Notes: a model not told the origin generated them from the letters alone. Positions 1-13,332 are shown, counted from the first letter of the whole stretch. The stretch is 63,925 nucleotides of DNA, filler included, from Octopus bimaculoides (GCF_001194135.2; 8 parts of 8 records of this genome joined end to end with filler, not necessarily neighbours in it), one strand, 5' to 3'. Made by a program: numbers and translations.

Positions 1-359
1 CCGATCTATATATATGCATACATACATACATACATACATACTTACGTCTCCCAAATCCACTCTCAAGGCTTTGGTCGGCCTGAAGCTATAGTAGAAGACA
101 TTTGCCCAAGGTGCCACGCAGTGGGACTGAACCACACAACCACTCCTGCACCATCTGTGGGCATATTTTAGTCATAACCTGGGATTTTCGAATTTGTAGG
201 ATTTCTCGATTAATTTTTCATTGTCTGACGGAAGAAAGGAATCGAACCCAGGCTAAAAATGAAATGTGTGCACTTTTCTTTTTATATTCGATATTCTGTC
301 TATATTTTACCTTTTAATTGTTTCATTCATTAGACTTTAGTCAAGCTTGAAGAATTTTT

Positions 360-525
360 AGTCGCAGGAGTGGCTGTGTGGTAAGTAGCTTGATTACCAA
401 CCACATGGTTCCGGGTTCAGTCCCACTGCGTGGCACTTTCTGCAAGTGTCTTCTACTATAGCCTCGGGCCGACCAAAGCCTTGTGAGTGGATTTGGTAGA
501 CGGAAACTGAAAGAAGCCCGTCGTA
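360..525 (+). mobile_element. tRNA-derived CORE-type SINE, type A (OR2-like), 5' part; runs into (TA)n and a gap
   Basis: tRNA-like A box (TGGCTGTGTGGTAAG) and B box (GGTTCAGTCCC), followed by a CORE-like segment (GGCACTTTCTGCAAGTGTCTTCTACTATAGC). The same family recurs about 20 times in the window (for example 46-134, 2146-2715, 4245-4520, 8310-8415, 10720-10885, 14135-14280, 15780-15990, 17630-17765, 23340-23495, 24030-24210, 26555-26705, 56560-56750, 61395-61560, 61800-62005). The family name is from memory, not from a search. Confidence 0.85.
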
Positions 526-564
<39 letters not shown>

Positions 565-1094
565 NNNNNNNNNNNNNNNNNNNNNNNNNNNNNNNNNNNN
601 NNNNNNNNNNNNNNNNNNNNNNNNNNNNNNNNNNNNNNNNNNNNNNNNNNNNNNNNNNNNNNNNNNNNNNNNNNNNNNNNNNNNNNNNNNNNNNNNNNNN
701 NNNNNNNNNNNNNNNNNNNNNNNNNNNNNNNNNNNNNNNNNNNNNNNNNNNNNNNNNNNNNNNNNNNNNNNNNNNNNNNNNNNNNNNNNNNNNNNNNNNN
801 NNNNNNNNNNNNNNNNNNNNNNNNNNNNNNNNNNNNNNNNNNNNNNNNNNNNNNNNNNNNNNNNNNNNNNNNNNNNNNNNNNNNNNNNNNNNNNNNNNNN
901 NNNNNNNNNNNNNNNNNNNNNNNNNNNNNNNNNNNNNNNNNNNNNNNNNNNNNNNNNNNNNNNNNNNNNNNNNNNNNNNNNNNNNNNNNNNNNNNNNNNN
1001 NNNNNNNNNNNNNNNNNNNNNNNNNNNNNNNNNNNNNNNNNNNAAGATTCTACGCAGTTGAACCGAACCCGGAACTACACCCGGAACCCGGAGA

Positions 1095-1430
1095 CACCCT
1101 TCGGTCATGAATGACCATGGTATTGCACCCAGAAAGCCACCCTCCGAGGCATAAGTCCGGGCAAGGTTATTTGCGGAAGGCCGTCAGTCGCCCATGCATA
1201 CCAGCCTCTCCTCTCCACACCACCAGTGTTATCCAAGGGAAAGGCAAAGGGGCCGATACAGCTTGGCACCAGTGATGGTCGCAACTCATTTCTACAGCTG
1301 AGTGAACTGGAGCAACGTGAAATAAAGTGTCTTGCTCAAGAACACAACATGCAGCCGGGTCCGAGAATCAAACTCACAACTTCACGATCGTACGCTCGGA
1401 CGCTCTAACCAGTGAGCCATCCGCCTTCAC
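1095..1430 (-). mobile_element. tRNA-derived CORE-type SINE, type C
   Basis: On the minus strand, a tRNA-like head at the right end and a CORE-like segment (CTTGAGCAAGACACTTTATTTCAC). A collinear second copy lies at 14385-14710. Confidence 0.8.
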
Positions 1431-1709
1431 CCGGAACCATGTGATTGATGAACAAGCTCCTTATCACACAGCCACGCCTGCGTATCTGTGCATCACTTAT
1501 TTTTTTAAAGGTTTATTTTTAAGAACTATTTTATACGGGTTCTTACATAATGTTACAGTGTAAATGTATTGTTTACAATTAATATTGGGTCGAAGGATGT
1601 AGGATGACTAACCATGTTGTTCCTGTTGACGCTAACACCGCTCGACACACTGTTCTGTTGTTTATTTTTATACTGAATACAATCATTTACCTGTTCTCTG
1701 TTTTCCTAA

Positions 1710-1910
<201 letters not shown>

Positions 1911-1911
<1 letters not shown>

Positions 1912-2130
1912 AGGCGGCGAGCTGGCAGAGTCGTTAGGACGCTGGACGAAATGCTTAGCGGTATTTCGCCATCGCTACGTTCTGAGTTCAAATTCCGCCG
2001 AGGTCGACTTTGCATTTCGTCGTTTCGGGGTCGATAAATTAAGCACCAGTTGCGTACTGGGGTCGATCTAATCCACCGGCACCCTCCCCAAAATTTTCAG
2101 GCCTTGTGCCTAAAGTAGAAAAAAGTTATT
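1911..2130 (+). mobile_element. tRNA-derived SINE, type B (OK-like)
   Basis: GGCGGCGAGCTGGCAGAGTCGTTAG head, GAGTTCAAATTCC B box, and 3' CCCCAAAATTTTCAGGCCTTGTGCCTA end. Other copies at 2724-2945(+), 7497-7720(-), 10100-10225(-), 14870-14990(-), 15585-15780(+), 26325-26525(+), 28135-28500(+), 48340-48500(-), 52240-52450(-), 52680-52800(+). Confidence 0.85.
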
Positions 2131-2995
2131 TATAGTATTACTAATAGGCGCAGGGGTGGCTTGCTTCCCAACTACATAGCTCCGGGTTCAGTCCCACTGC
2201 GTGGCACTTTGAGCAAGTGTCTTCTACTATAGCCTTGGACCGACCAATTCCTTGTGAGTGGATTTGGTAGACGGAAACTGAAAGAAGCCGGTTTTGTATA
2301 TATATGTNNNNNNNNNNNNNNNNNNNNNNNNNNNNNNNNNNNNNNNNNNNNNNNNNNNNNNNNNNNNNNNNNNNNNNNNNNNNNNNNNNNNNNNNNNNNN
2401 NNNNNNNNNNNNNNNNNNNNNNNNNNNNNNNNNNNNNNNNNNNNNNNNNNNNNNNNNNNNNNNNNNNNNNNNNNNNNNNNNNNNNNNNNNNNNNNNNNNN
2501 NNNNNNNNNNNNNNNNNNNNNNNNNNNNNNNNNNNNNNNNNNNNNNNNNNNNNNNNNNNNNNNNNNNNNNNNNNNNNNNNNNNNNNNNNNNNNNNNNNNN
2601 NNNNNNNNNNNTAGATTAAGTACAAAGAATAAATCCTGGGGACGATTTGTTCGATTAAAGGTGGTGCTCCAGCATGGCCGCAGTCAAATGACTGAGACAA
2701 ATAAAAGAATAAAAGTAGTAGCAAGGGGCGAGGTGGCAGAATCGTTAGCGCGCTGGACGGAATGCTTAGCGGTATTTCGCCCGTCGCTACGTTCTGAGTT
2801 CAAATTCCGTTGAGGTCGACTTTACTTTTCATCCTTTCGTGGTGTCGATAAATTAAGTACCAGTGAAACACTGCGGTCGATCTAATCGACTAATCCCTCC
2901 CCCAAAATTTCAGGCCTTGTGACTATAGTAGACAGGATTATTAGTAGTATTATTATTAATAGTAGTAGCAGTATTAGTATTTTAAGAGCAGTAAT

Positions 2996-3386
2996 TTTAT
3001 TACTTCCGCCTTAGGGAAGGCGAAGGTATTGTTTTCAATCGCGTTTGGTTGTTTGTTTGTTTGTTTGTTTGTCTGTGGACAAGATATCTCAAGAACCGGT
3101 TGGATGGATTCGGATGAAACTTTCAGGGATGTTTGACTTCGTGACTGGCACGAACTTATTAGATTTTGGAATCGATTTGGTACCGGACAAGGATTCTGGA
3201 TTATTTTCCCTTTTTTTTTTTTTTTTTTTTTTNNNNNNNNNNTCAGGTTCATTTTTAGTATTCTCGTTTGTGAGAGCAGTCGAGTTTATTTCAGATATTC
3301 TCATTTTAAAAACCATCTCCGGCTAATCGTCGAGAGTGCGTTGGTGTTGCCTTGGCGGAGGTTTGTGCTCTCTGAGTGCTCTTGTT
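2996..3386 (+). mobile_element. Non-autonomous HINE/DINE-1-like (Helentron-type) element
   Basis: Subterminal inverted repeats ACTTCCGCCTTAGG / CCTTGGCGGAGGT, a 5' hairpin (CTTCCGCCTT-AGGG-AAGGCGAAG), a (GTTT)n microsatellite after the 5' end, a short 3' hairpin (GTGCTC-TCT-GAGTGC) and T-rich flanks. This layout matches the described HINE architecture. Confidence 0.65.
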
Positions 3387-3539
3387 ATTATTATTATTTA
3401 CGGATTTGATTTATTTGTTATTTATCTTTGATTTGTTTCAATCACTAGACTGTAGCCAAGCTGGAGTACCCCCTTGGANNNNNNNNNNNNNNNNNNNNNN
3501 NNNNNNNNNNNNNNNNNNNNNNNNNNNNNNNNNNNNNNN

Positions 3540-4225
3540 ATCCGAATTTTTTATACATTTATTCCAGAAAAATTTTTGCGAAAATTTTACAGGTGTTCAA
3601 AGTTTGATAGTTTTCAGAATTTTCAGCCAATCAGAAAAAAGCGCGTTTGCTGCTTCTTCCATCATCCGTCAAAATAGCGAGAAAAAGTAGAGCACCGACA
3701 TGTCTAAACATTAAACTAGCTACAGTAAACAGTGAAGAATATTAAAAGATTCGCGATCGAATTTAATATTTAAAAGCTACGAGCAAACCAACAGGAGTTG
3801 CTAGAAATAACAGTCAAAACATTGCTTAAAACAGACATTTATTAGTTTTAAAAATTCAAGAACGAAGGTTAACAATACACTCTAGAATCGAATTCTTACT
3901 GTTATGAAAACAAACAATTATAAAACACGCGTGGTTACACTCCGTGTGCACATGTGCAGCACCTTTGGTTGATATGGAAAGAGTTCTTCGCAATAAGGTA
4001 TGGAACACGTGGTGCTTTTTTTGATTACTATGCTAATAGAACTTCATGGTGATGTGTAAAATACTCGCTTCTGATTGGCTCAAAACCCCCAATTTTGCAA
4101 ATTTCAAAGTCTAATAACTTTTTAATCATGAATTTATAGGAAAAATGAATTTCATTTACATAATTAGTATACAAAACTTAATCTATAAACCCAATTTGAA
4201 AACAATTGGAACTAAATTGTAAACA
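3540..4225. mobile_element. Probable non-autonomous DNA transposon, unclassified
   Basis: Internal inverted motif AGCCAATCAGAA (~3626) / TTCTGATTGGCT (~4069) in non-coding sequence. The left end is lost in a gap. Confidence 0.3.
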
Positions 4226-4964
4226 GTGACGAAAACCACAAAGATCTCTTATTTTGCCGAACTGCTAAGTTACAGGGACGTAAGCACAACAACACCGGTT
4301 GTCAAGCAGTGGTGGCGGACAAATACAGACACAAAGACATACACATAAATATACATACACATCGGGCTTCTTTCAGTTTCCGCCTACCAAATCCAATCCT
4401 AATAATTTGTTCGACCCGAGGCTATAGCAGAAGCTACTTGCCCAAGATACCATCATGCAGTGGAACTAAACCCGGAGCCATGTGTTTGAGTTGGGAAGTA
4501 AGCTTCTTGCCACACAGGCTAACTTTTCATTTATTTATTTATTTATTTATTCATTTATTTATTTTGTCATGGCCGTGTTTGTCAGTTATTATCAGAACGC
4601 ATTCATCAATGAAGAAAGCAAAACACATTTTCACAAACTTCAGAAAAGCATAATGGAAGGAGTTCCGCCAAAGAAACAGGACCTAGATTTTCAGAATTCC
4701 TCACTACCATAATCACCAAGATAGACATAGATACTTATAGTCCATAGAATCAACAAAATATTTGTAGACGCATCTAAAAAAACATATCCCAGAAAGCAAC
4801 ATAATAAAAACAAAAACTACAACCTTAATCACAGAGGCAACCTCGTAAAAATCAGACCCGACCGCAAATGAAATATTCCACGTACGAGTGAAACAAAACG
4901 CGACATCCCTTGTCGATGCGGAATGCCGTACACACAAGAGGCTCTGTTTAGAATTAATATAACA

Positions 4965-5212
4965 ACAACAACAACAACCATCATAAACAGTACCACTACC
5001 GTTACTACCAAAGCAAATCATTATAATTGTACTCACCATCGCCAAATCCACCAACACAACTATCAACACCCCCACCACCATCACCACACTTTTACCATAA
5101 CCACCTCCACCACTGGCAGTCTATCACGACCACCACCACCGCCATCAAAGACACCACCAACACAACCATTACCACTACCACCGCCACCAACACCACCACC
5201 ACCACCACAACC
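4965..5212. repeat. Degenerate (ACC/CAC/AAC)n low-complexity tract
   Basis: Read directly; it generates the spurious poly-T/P/H ORFs. Confidence 0.9.
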
Positions 5213-6404
5213 NNNNNNNNNNNNNNNNNNNNNNNNNNNNNNNNNNNNNNNNNNNNNNNNNNNNNNNNNNNNNNNNNNNNNNNNNNNNNNNNNNNNNNNN
5301 NNNNNNNNNNNNNNNNNNNNNNNNNNNNNNNNNNNNNNNNNNNNNNNNNNNNNNNNNNNNNNNNNNNNNNNNNNNNNNNNNNNNNNNNNNNNNNNNNNNN
5401 NNNNNNNNNNNNNNNNNNNNNNNNNNNNNNNNNNNNNNNNNNNNNNNNNNNNNNNNNNNNNNNNNNNNNNNNNNNNNNNNNNNNNNNNNNNNNNNNNNNN
5501 NNNNNNNNNNNNNNNNNNNNNNNNNNNNNNNNNNNNNNNNNNNNNNNNNNNNNNNNNNNNNNNNNNNNNNNNNNNNNNNNNNNNNNNNNNNNNNNNNNNN
5601 NNNNNNNNNNNNNNNNNNNNNNNNNNNNNNNNNNNNNNNNNNNNNNNNNNNNNNNNNNNNNNNNNNNNNNNNNNNNNNNNNNNNNNNNNNNNNNNNNNNN
5701 NNNNNNNNNNNNNNNNNNNNNNNNNNNNNNNNNNNNNNNNNNNNNNNNNNNNNNNNNNNNNNNNNNNNNNNNNNNNNNNNNNNNNNNNNNNNNNNNNNNN
5801 NNNNNNNNNNNNNNNNNNNNNNNNNNNNNNNNNNNNNGTGGTGGTGGTGGTAGTGGAAGGGGAGGGGGTATCTGGATGAATGGACTAAATGAACTTGAGA
5901 AAGCGAGAGATAGAGAAAACAAAGACAGTAAAAGAGAAAGAGAGGAAGAATGAAAGAAGGCAAGGAAGGAAGAAAGAAAGAAAGAATGAAAGAAAGAAAG
6001 AATGAAAGAAAGAAAGAAAGGAAGAAAAACAGTCATAAGGATGGAGAGAAAGAGCGCCCTGTCTACGATACAGTCACCAGGTGTCGCTAACATTCCTCTT
6101 CTTCCTGTTGATAAAGTTCTGGGCTGAGGTGGCGTGTCTGCGCGCGCGCGCGTTTGTATCTATGTATGCATCGGAGCTGCTGTTTATCACCTGATTAATG
6201 AAACACTTGTTTTTCATATCGTCACGTCAGTTTATAAAACGCTAGGTGACAGGCTAGTAGCAGCAGCAGCAGTAGCAGCAGTAGCAGCAGCAGCAGCGGT
6301 AGACGTAATAGCTGTTGCTGTTGTTGTTGTTGTTGTAAAAGAGGAAGAAGAAGGAGCAAGAAGGGAAGGGCAAACGGAAGATAAGCTGGAGATGGAGGTG
6401 GAAA

Positions 6405-6433
6405 GTAATAAAGTAATAATAATAATAATAATA

Positions 6434-6499
<66 letters not shown>

Positions 6500-6513
6500 T
6501 AATAATAATAATG

Positions 6514-6549
<36 letters not shown>

Positions 6550-7229
6550 TTAATAATAATAATAATAATAATACNNNNNNNNNNNNNNNNNNNNNNNNNN
6601 NNNNNNNNNNNNNNNNNNNNNNNNNNNNNNNNNNNNNNNNNNNNNNNNNNNNNNNNNNNNNNNNNNNNNNNNNNNNNNNNNNNNNNNNNNNNNNNNNNNN
6701 NNNNNNNNNNNNNNNNNNNNNNNNNNNNNNNNNNNNNNNNNNNNNNNNNNNNNNNNNNNNNNNNNNNNNNNNNNNNNNNNNNNNNNNNNNNNNNNNNNNN
6801 NNNNNNNNNNNNNNNNNNNNNNNNNNNNNNNNNNNNNNNNNNNNNNNNNNNNNNNNNNNNNNNNNNNNNNNNNNNNNNNNNNNNNNNNNNNNNNNNNNNN
6901 NNNNNNNNNNNNNNNNNNNNNNNNNNNNNNNNNNNNNNNNNNNNNNNNNNNNNNNNNNNNNNNNNNNNNNNNNNNNNNNNNNNNNNNNNNNNNNNNNNNN
7001 NNNNNNNNNNNNNNNNNNNNNNNNNNNNNNNNNNNNNNNNNNNNNNNNNNNNNNNNNNNNNNNNNNNNNNNNNNNNNNNNNNNNNNNNNNNNNNNNNNNN
7101 NNNNNNNNNNNNNNNNNNNNNNNNNNNNNNNNNNNNNNNNNNNNNNNNNNNNNNNNNNNNNNNNNNNNNNNNNNNNNNNNNNNNNNNNNNNNNNNNNNNN
7201 NNNNNNNNNNNNNNNNNNNNNNNNNNNNN

Positions 7230-7278
<49 letters not shown>

Positions 7279-7303
7279 TAATAATAATAATAATACTATT
7301 AAA

Positions 7304-7352
<49 letters not shown>

Positions 7353-7365
7353 GTAATACTTTCTT
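6405..7365. repeat. (AAT)n microsatellite spanning an assembly gap
   Basis: Read directly on both sides of the N run. Confidence 0.95.
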
Positions 7366-7443
7366 TATTGGCCAGAGGGGTTGCGGAAAAGTTTAGGACA
7401 TTACAGAGACAAAGGACAGTGGGGGTGTACGTAAAACTGTGTA

Positions 7444-7500
<57 letters not shown>

Positions 7501-7725
7501 TCTTTCTACTATAGGCACAAGGCCTGACATTTTGGGGGAGGGTGCTAGTCGATTAACATCGACTCCAGTCCGTAACTGGTACCTATTTCATCGACCCCCT
7601 CGAAAGGACGAAAGGTAAAGTTGACCTTGGCAGAATTTGAACTCAGAATGCAAAGACAGGCAAAAAGCTGCTAAGCAACTTGCTCGGCATGCTAACAATT
7701 CTGCCAGCGCGCCACCTTAATGATG

Positions 7726-7801
<76 letters not shown>

Positions 7802-7929
7802 CAATGATAATAATAAAAACAATGATAATNNNNNNNNNNNNNNNNNNNNNNNNNNNNNNNNNNNNNNNNNNNNTTAATTAATTAANNNNNNNNNNNNNNN
7901 NNNNNNNNNNNNNNNNNNNNNNNNNNNNN

Positions 7930-8290
7930 AGCCCAGGTTGAGGTGCATAGGCTGAGATGACAGTAGCTAATCTATGATGAAGCACTAGTCTGATCTTAAG
8001 TACTCTGTCACTTACTCTAACGACCTCGATTACCTTATCCACCCATTTCTCCGCTAGAAGTATTCCTACGCCCCCGACCCCGTCAGTGTTCCCTGCCCAG
8101 AAAATCTTGTACCTGTGTTCTTTGCCTGTGAGGAACCTTGCAGAACCTCCTCTCCATCTTACTTCCTGGATGCAGCACATATCTACGCATCTCCGTTCAA
8201 GCATCTCAACAATTTCACCAGATCTACCTTTCAGCGTGCCGACGTTGAGAGTGCCCCAGATCTACCTTTCAGCGTGCCGACGTTGAGAGT
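7930..8290 (-). mobile_element. RTE-clade LINE fragment, AP-endonuclease N-terminal region
   Basis: Translation TLNVGTLKGRSG...VDMCCIQEVRWRG...VGGVGILL...SDRVLKIRL...VISAYAPQ contains the APE motifs (NV, QE, GV, YAP) typical of RTE ORFs. Truncated by a gap. Confidence 0.9.
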
Positions 8291-8431
8291 AATGTATAGA
8301 TATATGTACATATATATTTGTATATATGCATATTATTTATATTATTATATATACATAAAGGCGGTGCTCCAGCATGGCCTCAGTCAAATGACTGAAACAA
8401 GTAAAAGAGTAAAAGAGTATACATACATACA

Positions 8432-8466
<35 letters not shown>

Positions 8467-8992
8467 GTCATTATTCAGTTTTATTTCAAGACTTCTTGCC
8501 AATAGAGAAAGACATAGTTTTTAACCTAGATCCGAGGCTTGTTCATTTGAATTTCAATATCATATCAACAACAGGGTATTTTTGTAAATATATATATATG
8601 TGTGTGTGTGTGTGTGTATGTCTTTGTATGTATATAAGGGTGAATTGACAAACAAACGAAAAAGGCACTCAACAAATTTAGGAGGAGTTACATATATTAT
8701 TATTTAAAAGTTTTATTCATCCCCTTGTAACTTGAGGTTTTGTAGGCAGCACATATTCAGCAATAAAAAGTTTTTACGTATTAAACCGTGTAATATAGGC
8801 TCAACTTTACNNNNNNNNNNNNNNNNNNNNNNNNNNNNNNNNNNNNNNNNNNNNNNNNNGATTGGTGGGTTTTTTTGGGTGGGGGGCATATTTTTTTCCT
8901 TGAAAAAATGTGTTTTATATGTCATCAAATACAGTATGCTCTGTGTGTGTGTGTATATATACCTATATTTGGATGGTTAGTATGCCTCTATG

Positions 8993-9034
<42 letters not shown>

Positions 9035-9964
9035 TGCCTCTCTCTTACCCTCAAACTGTATATTTTACTGGACTTTGGTGATAATTGAGATATTTTCTCT
9101 CTCTTTTTACTCTACAATAAATAAAAATATTCCTGTTAAATATTTCATTACATCATGTTATTGCTAAATAAATAAAAAGAATGCAATGTGTGCACATTCA
9201 CACACACACATGCATGCACACTCAGGTCTGGCAACATTAAAAGTGAACCAAAAGATAATGCTGTGTTATTTCTATTAAATCTACAAAGATGGTAAACATA
9301 CAGCTGAGTTTAGAAAAGAAAAAAAAGATTTCTTTAGGAGTTCTTTTTTGCTCCCCGTTTTTCTTCATTCCTCTCTTCTTCCCCCTCTCCCTTCTCCTCA
9401 ACTCCCTGTTTATTTAATTCCTTATTTTTTCACTTCTATTTTTCCAGATATGCTTTAATAGTATCTACTAAGACTGAAACATTTCATATTATTTGTTGAT
9501 GTTTTTCTTATGAACCCCCTCCCTCCCCCCAAATATACACACACATATATAAAAAGTAGAAGAAAAAAGGAATAAATTCTAAAAATTATTTTTATTTTTA
9601 GGATTCAAGAATGTAAACTTTTGGAGGGTTGACAATCTGAACAGCAAGTTTTTGACCTGCTAAAAACTGGCAGTTTTATTTGATGGTGGTGTGTTTGTTT
9701 CTTGAATATATAAACAGTTGTAAATCTAAAAGTATTTTATGCTGGTGCTAACATTGTTCAGTATTGGTTCCAAAATTTTGGCTCAAGGCCATCTGTTCTG
9801 GGGGAAGGGGTAAAGGTGATTACATCACCCCACCATCACCACCACCGTCAACATCATCATCTCATTCTCATCACCCCCCCACCACCACCACATCATCGTC
9901 ATCACCACCATATCATCATCATCATCATCATACCATCATGCCACCACCATCATCATACCATCAT

Positions 9965-10715
9965 CTTCATCATCATCATTTAAAGTCTGCTTCCCTTTCT
10001 GGCATGGGTTGAATGGTTTGACTGAGGACTGGCAAGTCAAAATACTGTACTAAGCTCCAATCTGATTTGACAAGGTTTCTATAGCTGGATGCCCTTCCTA
10101 ACACCAAATGTTTTCTATTATAGGCACTAGGCCTGAAATTTTGGGGAAGGGGACAAGTCAATTACACTGACCCCAGAATTTCACTGGTACTTAATTTATC
10201 AACCCCCAAAGGATGAAAGGCAATCAGTCATTTTAACTCTTGTCTTCTACGCTTGTATGGGTCAGATGGAATTTGTTGAAGCAGATTTTCTACAGTCAGA
10301 TGCCCTTCTTGTTACCAACCCTCACCTGTTTCCAAGAAAGATACTATTTCCCCGAGGTTGGGCATGTTTCCATGGAAACTGAAAACGAATGACATGATTG
10401 CTTGTATGACAGTGACACTTGTTTACGACTGTTACACAATGTTAAGACAAGGAGACACAATTGCATCAACATACACATAGACATGTTTATTTAATGTCTA
10501 CATTTCTATGCTTGCATGGGATGGACAAACTTCATTAAGGCAGATTTTCTACAGGCAGATGCTTTTCCTATCACCAACTCTCACCTGTTTCTAAAGTAAG
10601 GTAATATTTTCCCTTCACCAAAGATGTTTTGATGGAAGGTTAGAAACAAAGGACATCACTTGCATGACTGATACTCACTCATGACTATCACATAATGTCG
10701 AGGCAAGAACGCACA
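9965..10715 (-). mobile_element. Cluster of RTE-LINE-like 3'-end fragments
   Basis: Three repeats of the GGATGCCCTTCC...ACCAACCCTCACCTGTTTCC motif. Plus-strand copies at 11410-11545, 16010-16160, 22005-22125 and 25280-25385, some ending in (GAT)n-like tails. Confidence 0.6.
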
Positions 10716-11999
10716 CGCATGACAAGCTTCTTTCAGTTTCAATCTACCAAATCCACTCACAAGGTTTTGGTTATAGTCTGGGGCTGATGTTTGAAGACAC
10801 TTGTCTCAGGTGTCATGCAGCGGAACTGAACCCAAGACCACTTGGTTGGGAAGCAAACTTCTCAACCCCACAGCCATTCTTGCACCAATATCCATGTCTG
10901 TGTCTGTTAGTGTTACATTTGAAATTCTTGCTTGTTATCTCTTGTATATATTAGCTGTTGCTTCCACTTTTGTTGTCTATGATGGCACTGTTGATTAGCA
11001 GGAGTCAAACTTTGTTGATAGCATTTCCAGACCTATGTCAAGCAGATAATCAGTGGAATGCCTCAGAGCAAAATACCAACTAAGAACGGATCATAACTAA
11101 ACCAACCTCTTACTGTAGTTATTCTATTCTACTATTGGCATCATTTGAAACAGTTGACGTCTGTGAATTCTTCATGGTGGTTTGGCAAATATATGGAGGG
11201 AGATTTTGTAATTATATTCAAGAATTACCAATTACTTTAAGCAGTTTGGTGATCATGTAGAAATTCCTTCACTGCCTTGTCTGTATATCAACCAACAAGA
11301 GAACCCATATAAAGTCTCTTGAGCTGCTAGAAATAGTAGCTAAGTCTCCCTCAAGTCATATATACTAACTTAAAATAAGAAAGGACATTACCACATGTAT
11401 TCTGTTTTTAGAACATGTACACCATGTTCCTGTGGTTGGCAATAGCAAGGGCATCTGACCTTAAAATACTTCCTCAGAAAAACTATCTGACCCATACTGG
11501 CATGGAAAAGCAGATGTAAAACACTGATGGTGGTGGTGGTGGTAATGATGATGATGGTGGTGGTGTTAGTGGTGATGGTGTAGTTTGATATAACATTGAG
11601 TATGACTTCATTTTGAGTATGGTTTCAGTTTGTGCATGGCTTCATTACTAGTACAACTTCATTTTGAATATGGCATCATTTCATGTTTGTATCTTAGAAA
11701 TAATTGAGTTAGCATGTCTGCTAAGAGAAAGTGAAACAGCATTAATAATCAAATAGAAAAACAAGGTTTTTCTGTATCTGGTTCGTGGTGGAAAGGCATC
11801 AAACACTGCAAAGTGATCCAAAACCTTTATGCATAAAAATTTCATGTTAATTTATGATGGAAGGCTTTTGATTTACTTTACACTGGAAGTTCTATCCTAG
11901 AACCAGAAGTGGTGGTCTCAGGTGGGTTGGCATCAAAAGGTGTTTTCAAATATAAAACAATATACATAATTCAACATTGATGGGTTTTTTACAGTTATT

Positions 12000-12212
12000 T
12001 AGCCCTTTAGCATTCAGATTACTCTGTCAAATATAATGCTTATTTGTTCACATTGTTTTGATTTAATCATGGGATTATCTTGTATCTTTGAGATTTTGAC
12101 GATGTGATTGTTTATATATAGACTGACTTTGTAGGGTAGGTGTGAGGCTGGTTTGAACATAAACCAGGTAGAATATTTTGGCTGGATATGGCCTGTTTAA
12201 ATGCTAAACTAG
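12000..12212 (+). mobile_element. Decayed piggyBac-like MITE
   Basis: Starts TTAG-CCCTTTAGCATTC and ends AAATGCTAAAC. An inverted second copy lies at about 25415-25602. Confidence 0.5.
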
Positions 12213-12589
12213 GCTGTTGGAATTTGCTTATCTTTGGCAAGGACACTGTGTGGCACTGGTGACAAGATATGAAGAATTAATTCTTAAGATTTGGCTGGCA
12301 GCAACTCTGTTGATTTGGCCATGTTGCAAGTGAAACTGGTATTGTTTGATATTTCCTAATTGTTGATATTTTGTTTTCTGTTTCAATAATTAGAGTATAA
12401 AAACCATGTTGTTCAATGAAGGTATGTGTGTATGTGTGAGTGTGCGCACGCGCACCATCAGAAGAATAGAACCTGTTGATATAATCATTAGTTATTAATT
12501 AAGAAGTGAGTCTAATTATAGACTGTATAATAACAGGGTCACAACTATAATGCCTGAAGCAGTGTATGAACTTTTGCCCTATTTCCCAG

Positions 12590-12679
12590 AAATATGGAAC
12601 CTTAAGTACTTGGCTGTTAAAACTTCTTCAGCAGATTAATAATTTCTTAAATAAACATAGGGTGTCAATTCTATATAAT
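12590..12679 (+). CDS. Candidate internal exon, unidentified protein (KYGTLSTWLLKLLQQINNFLNKHRVSILYN)
   Basis: Acceptor TTTTGCCCTATTTCCCAG, donor AAT|GTAAGG, 90 nt and open in phase 0-0. No family recognised. Confidence 0.3.
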
Positions 12680-13332
12680 GTAAGGGTCGGTGTGTAAATA
12701 AAATTGAGTGGTGTGTGTGATATTTTTCTCAACAACAAAATGATAGGGAATGGAATGGCTACAACTGGGAATTGAAACTGGGTCATAAAATTGGCTGACT
12801 AATACAAAACAGGTGGAACAATCATGCTATCTGGGCCAGTGGGCCTGTGGATTTTGGCAAATTCTCTTTCATTCTTTTGAAGTCCTCAAAATGTATTTTA
12901 AGGTTTTATTAAAACAGTTAATTGTATTCTTATTATATAAATATCTTTGATGTATTAAGACTTGGATGGCTGTGTCAACAGAATGCTAGACAACCAGCTG
13001 AGATATAGTCAGTCTCATACACTTTGATTGCTATTAAATTGAGTTAGTAGAGAAGACAGTTTCTTCTTTAATATCCCAAGCCACTTGGCTGTAAAAAAGA
13101 TACCACTTAGTGATATGTAATCCATTACCATAAACAGTGGATGTGCTGTAAAATTGATAATTTTTCTTCTTTGGCTTGTAACAAGGAGGTAAATTCTTCC
13201 TGGAGGGAAGGTTATCCGTTGGAGACTAACATCTTATTCAGAGAAGATTTGATGCTGATTTACTGTCACTGGAATCAGAGGTCTATGAAAGAATAGTAGA
13301 TGATACAGTTCTATATTTAAGAGATGAGGAAT

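Noticed and set aside
360-430. tRNA-like A and B boxes in SINE heads
   Set aside because: They continue into SINE bodies and lack a full cloverleaf, so they are not tRNA genes.
4560-4960. Purine-rich, partly open frames that might be a retroelement linker
   Set aside because: Multiple stops and no motif I could recognise.
7875-7886. TTAATTAATTAA embedded in N runs (also near 27087, 33741, 38617, 56871, 59645, 62865)
   Set aside because: An identical 12-mer centred in equal-sized gaps that places stops in all six frames; it is a scaffolding linker, not biology.
9430-9665. Two strong plus-strand acceptors followed by short frames (YALIVSTKTETFHIIC*, GFKNVNFWRVDNLNSKFLTC*)
   Set aside because: No matching upstream exon or recognisable protein; cannot be told from chance in T-rich DNA.
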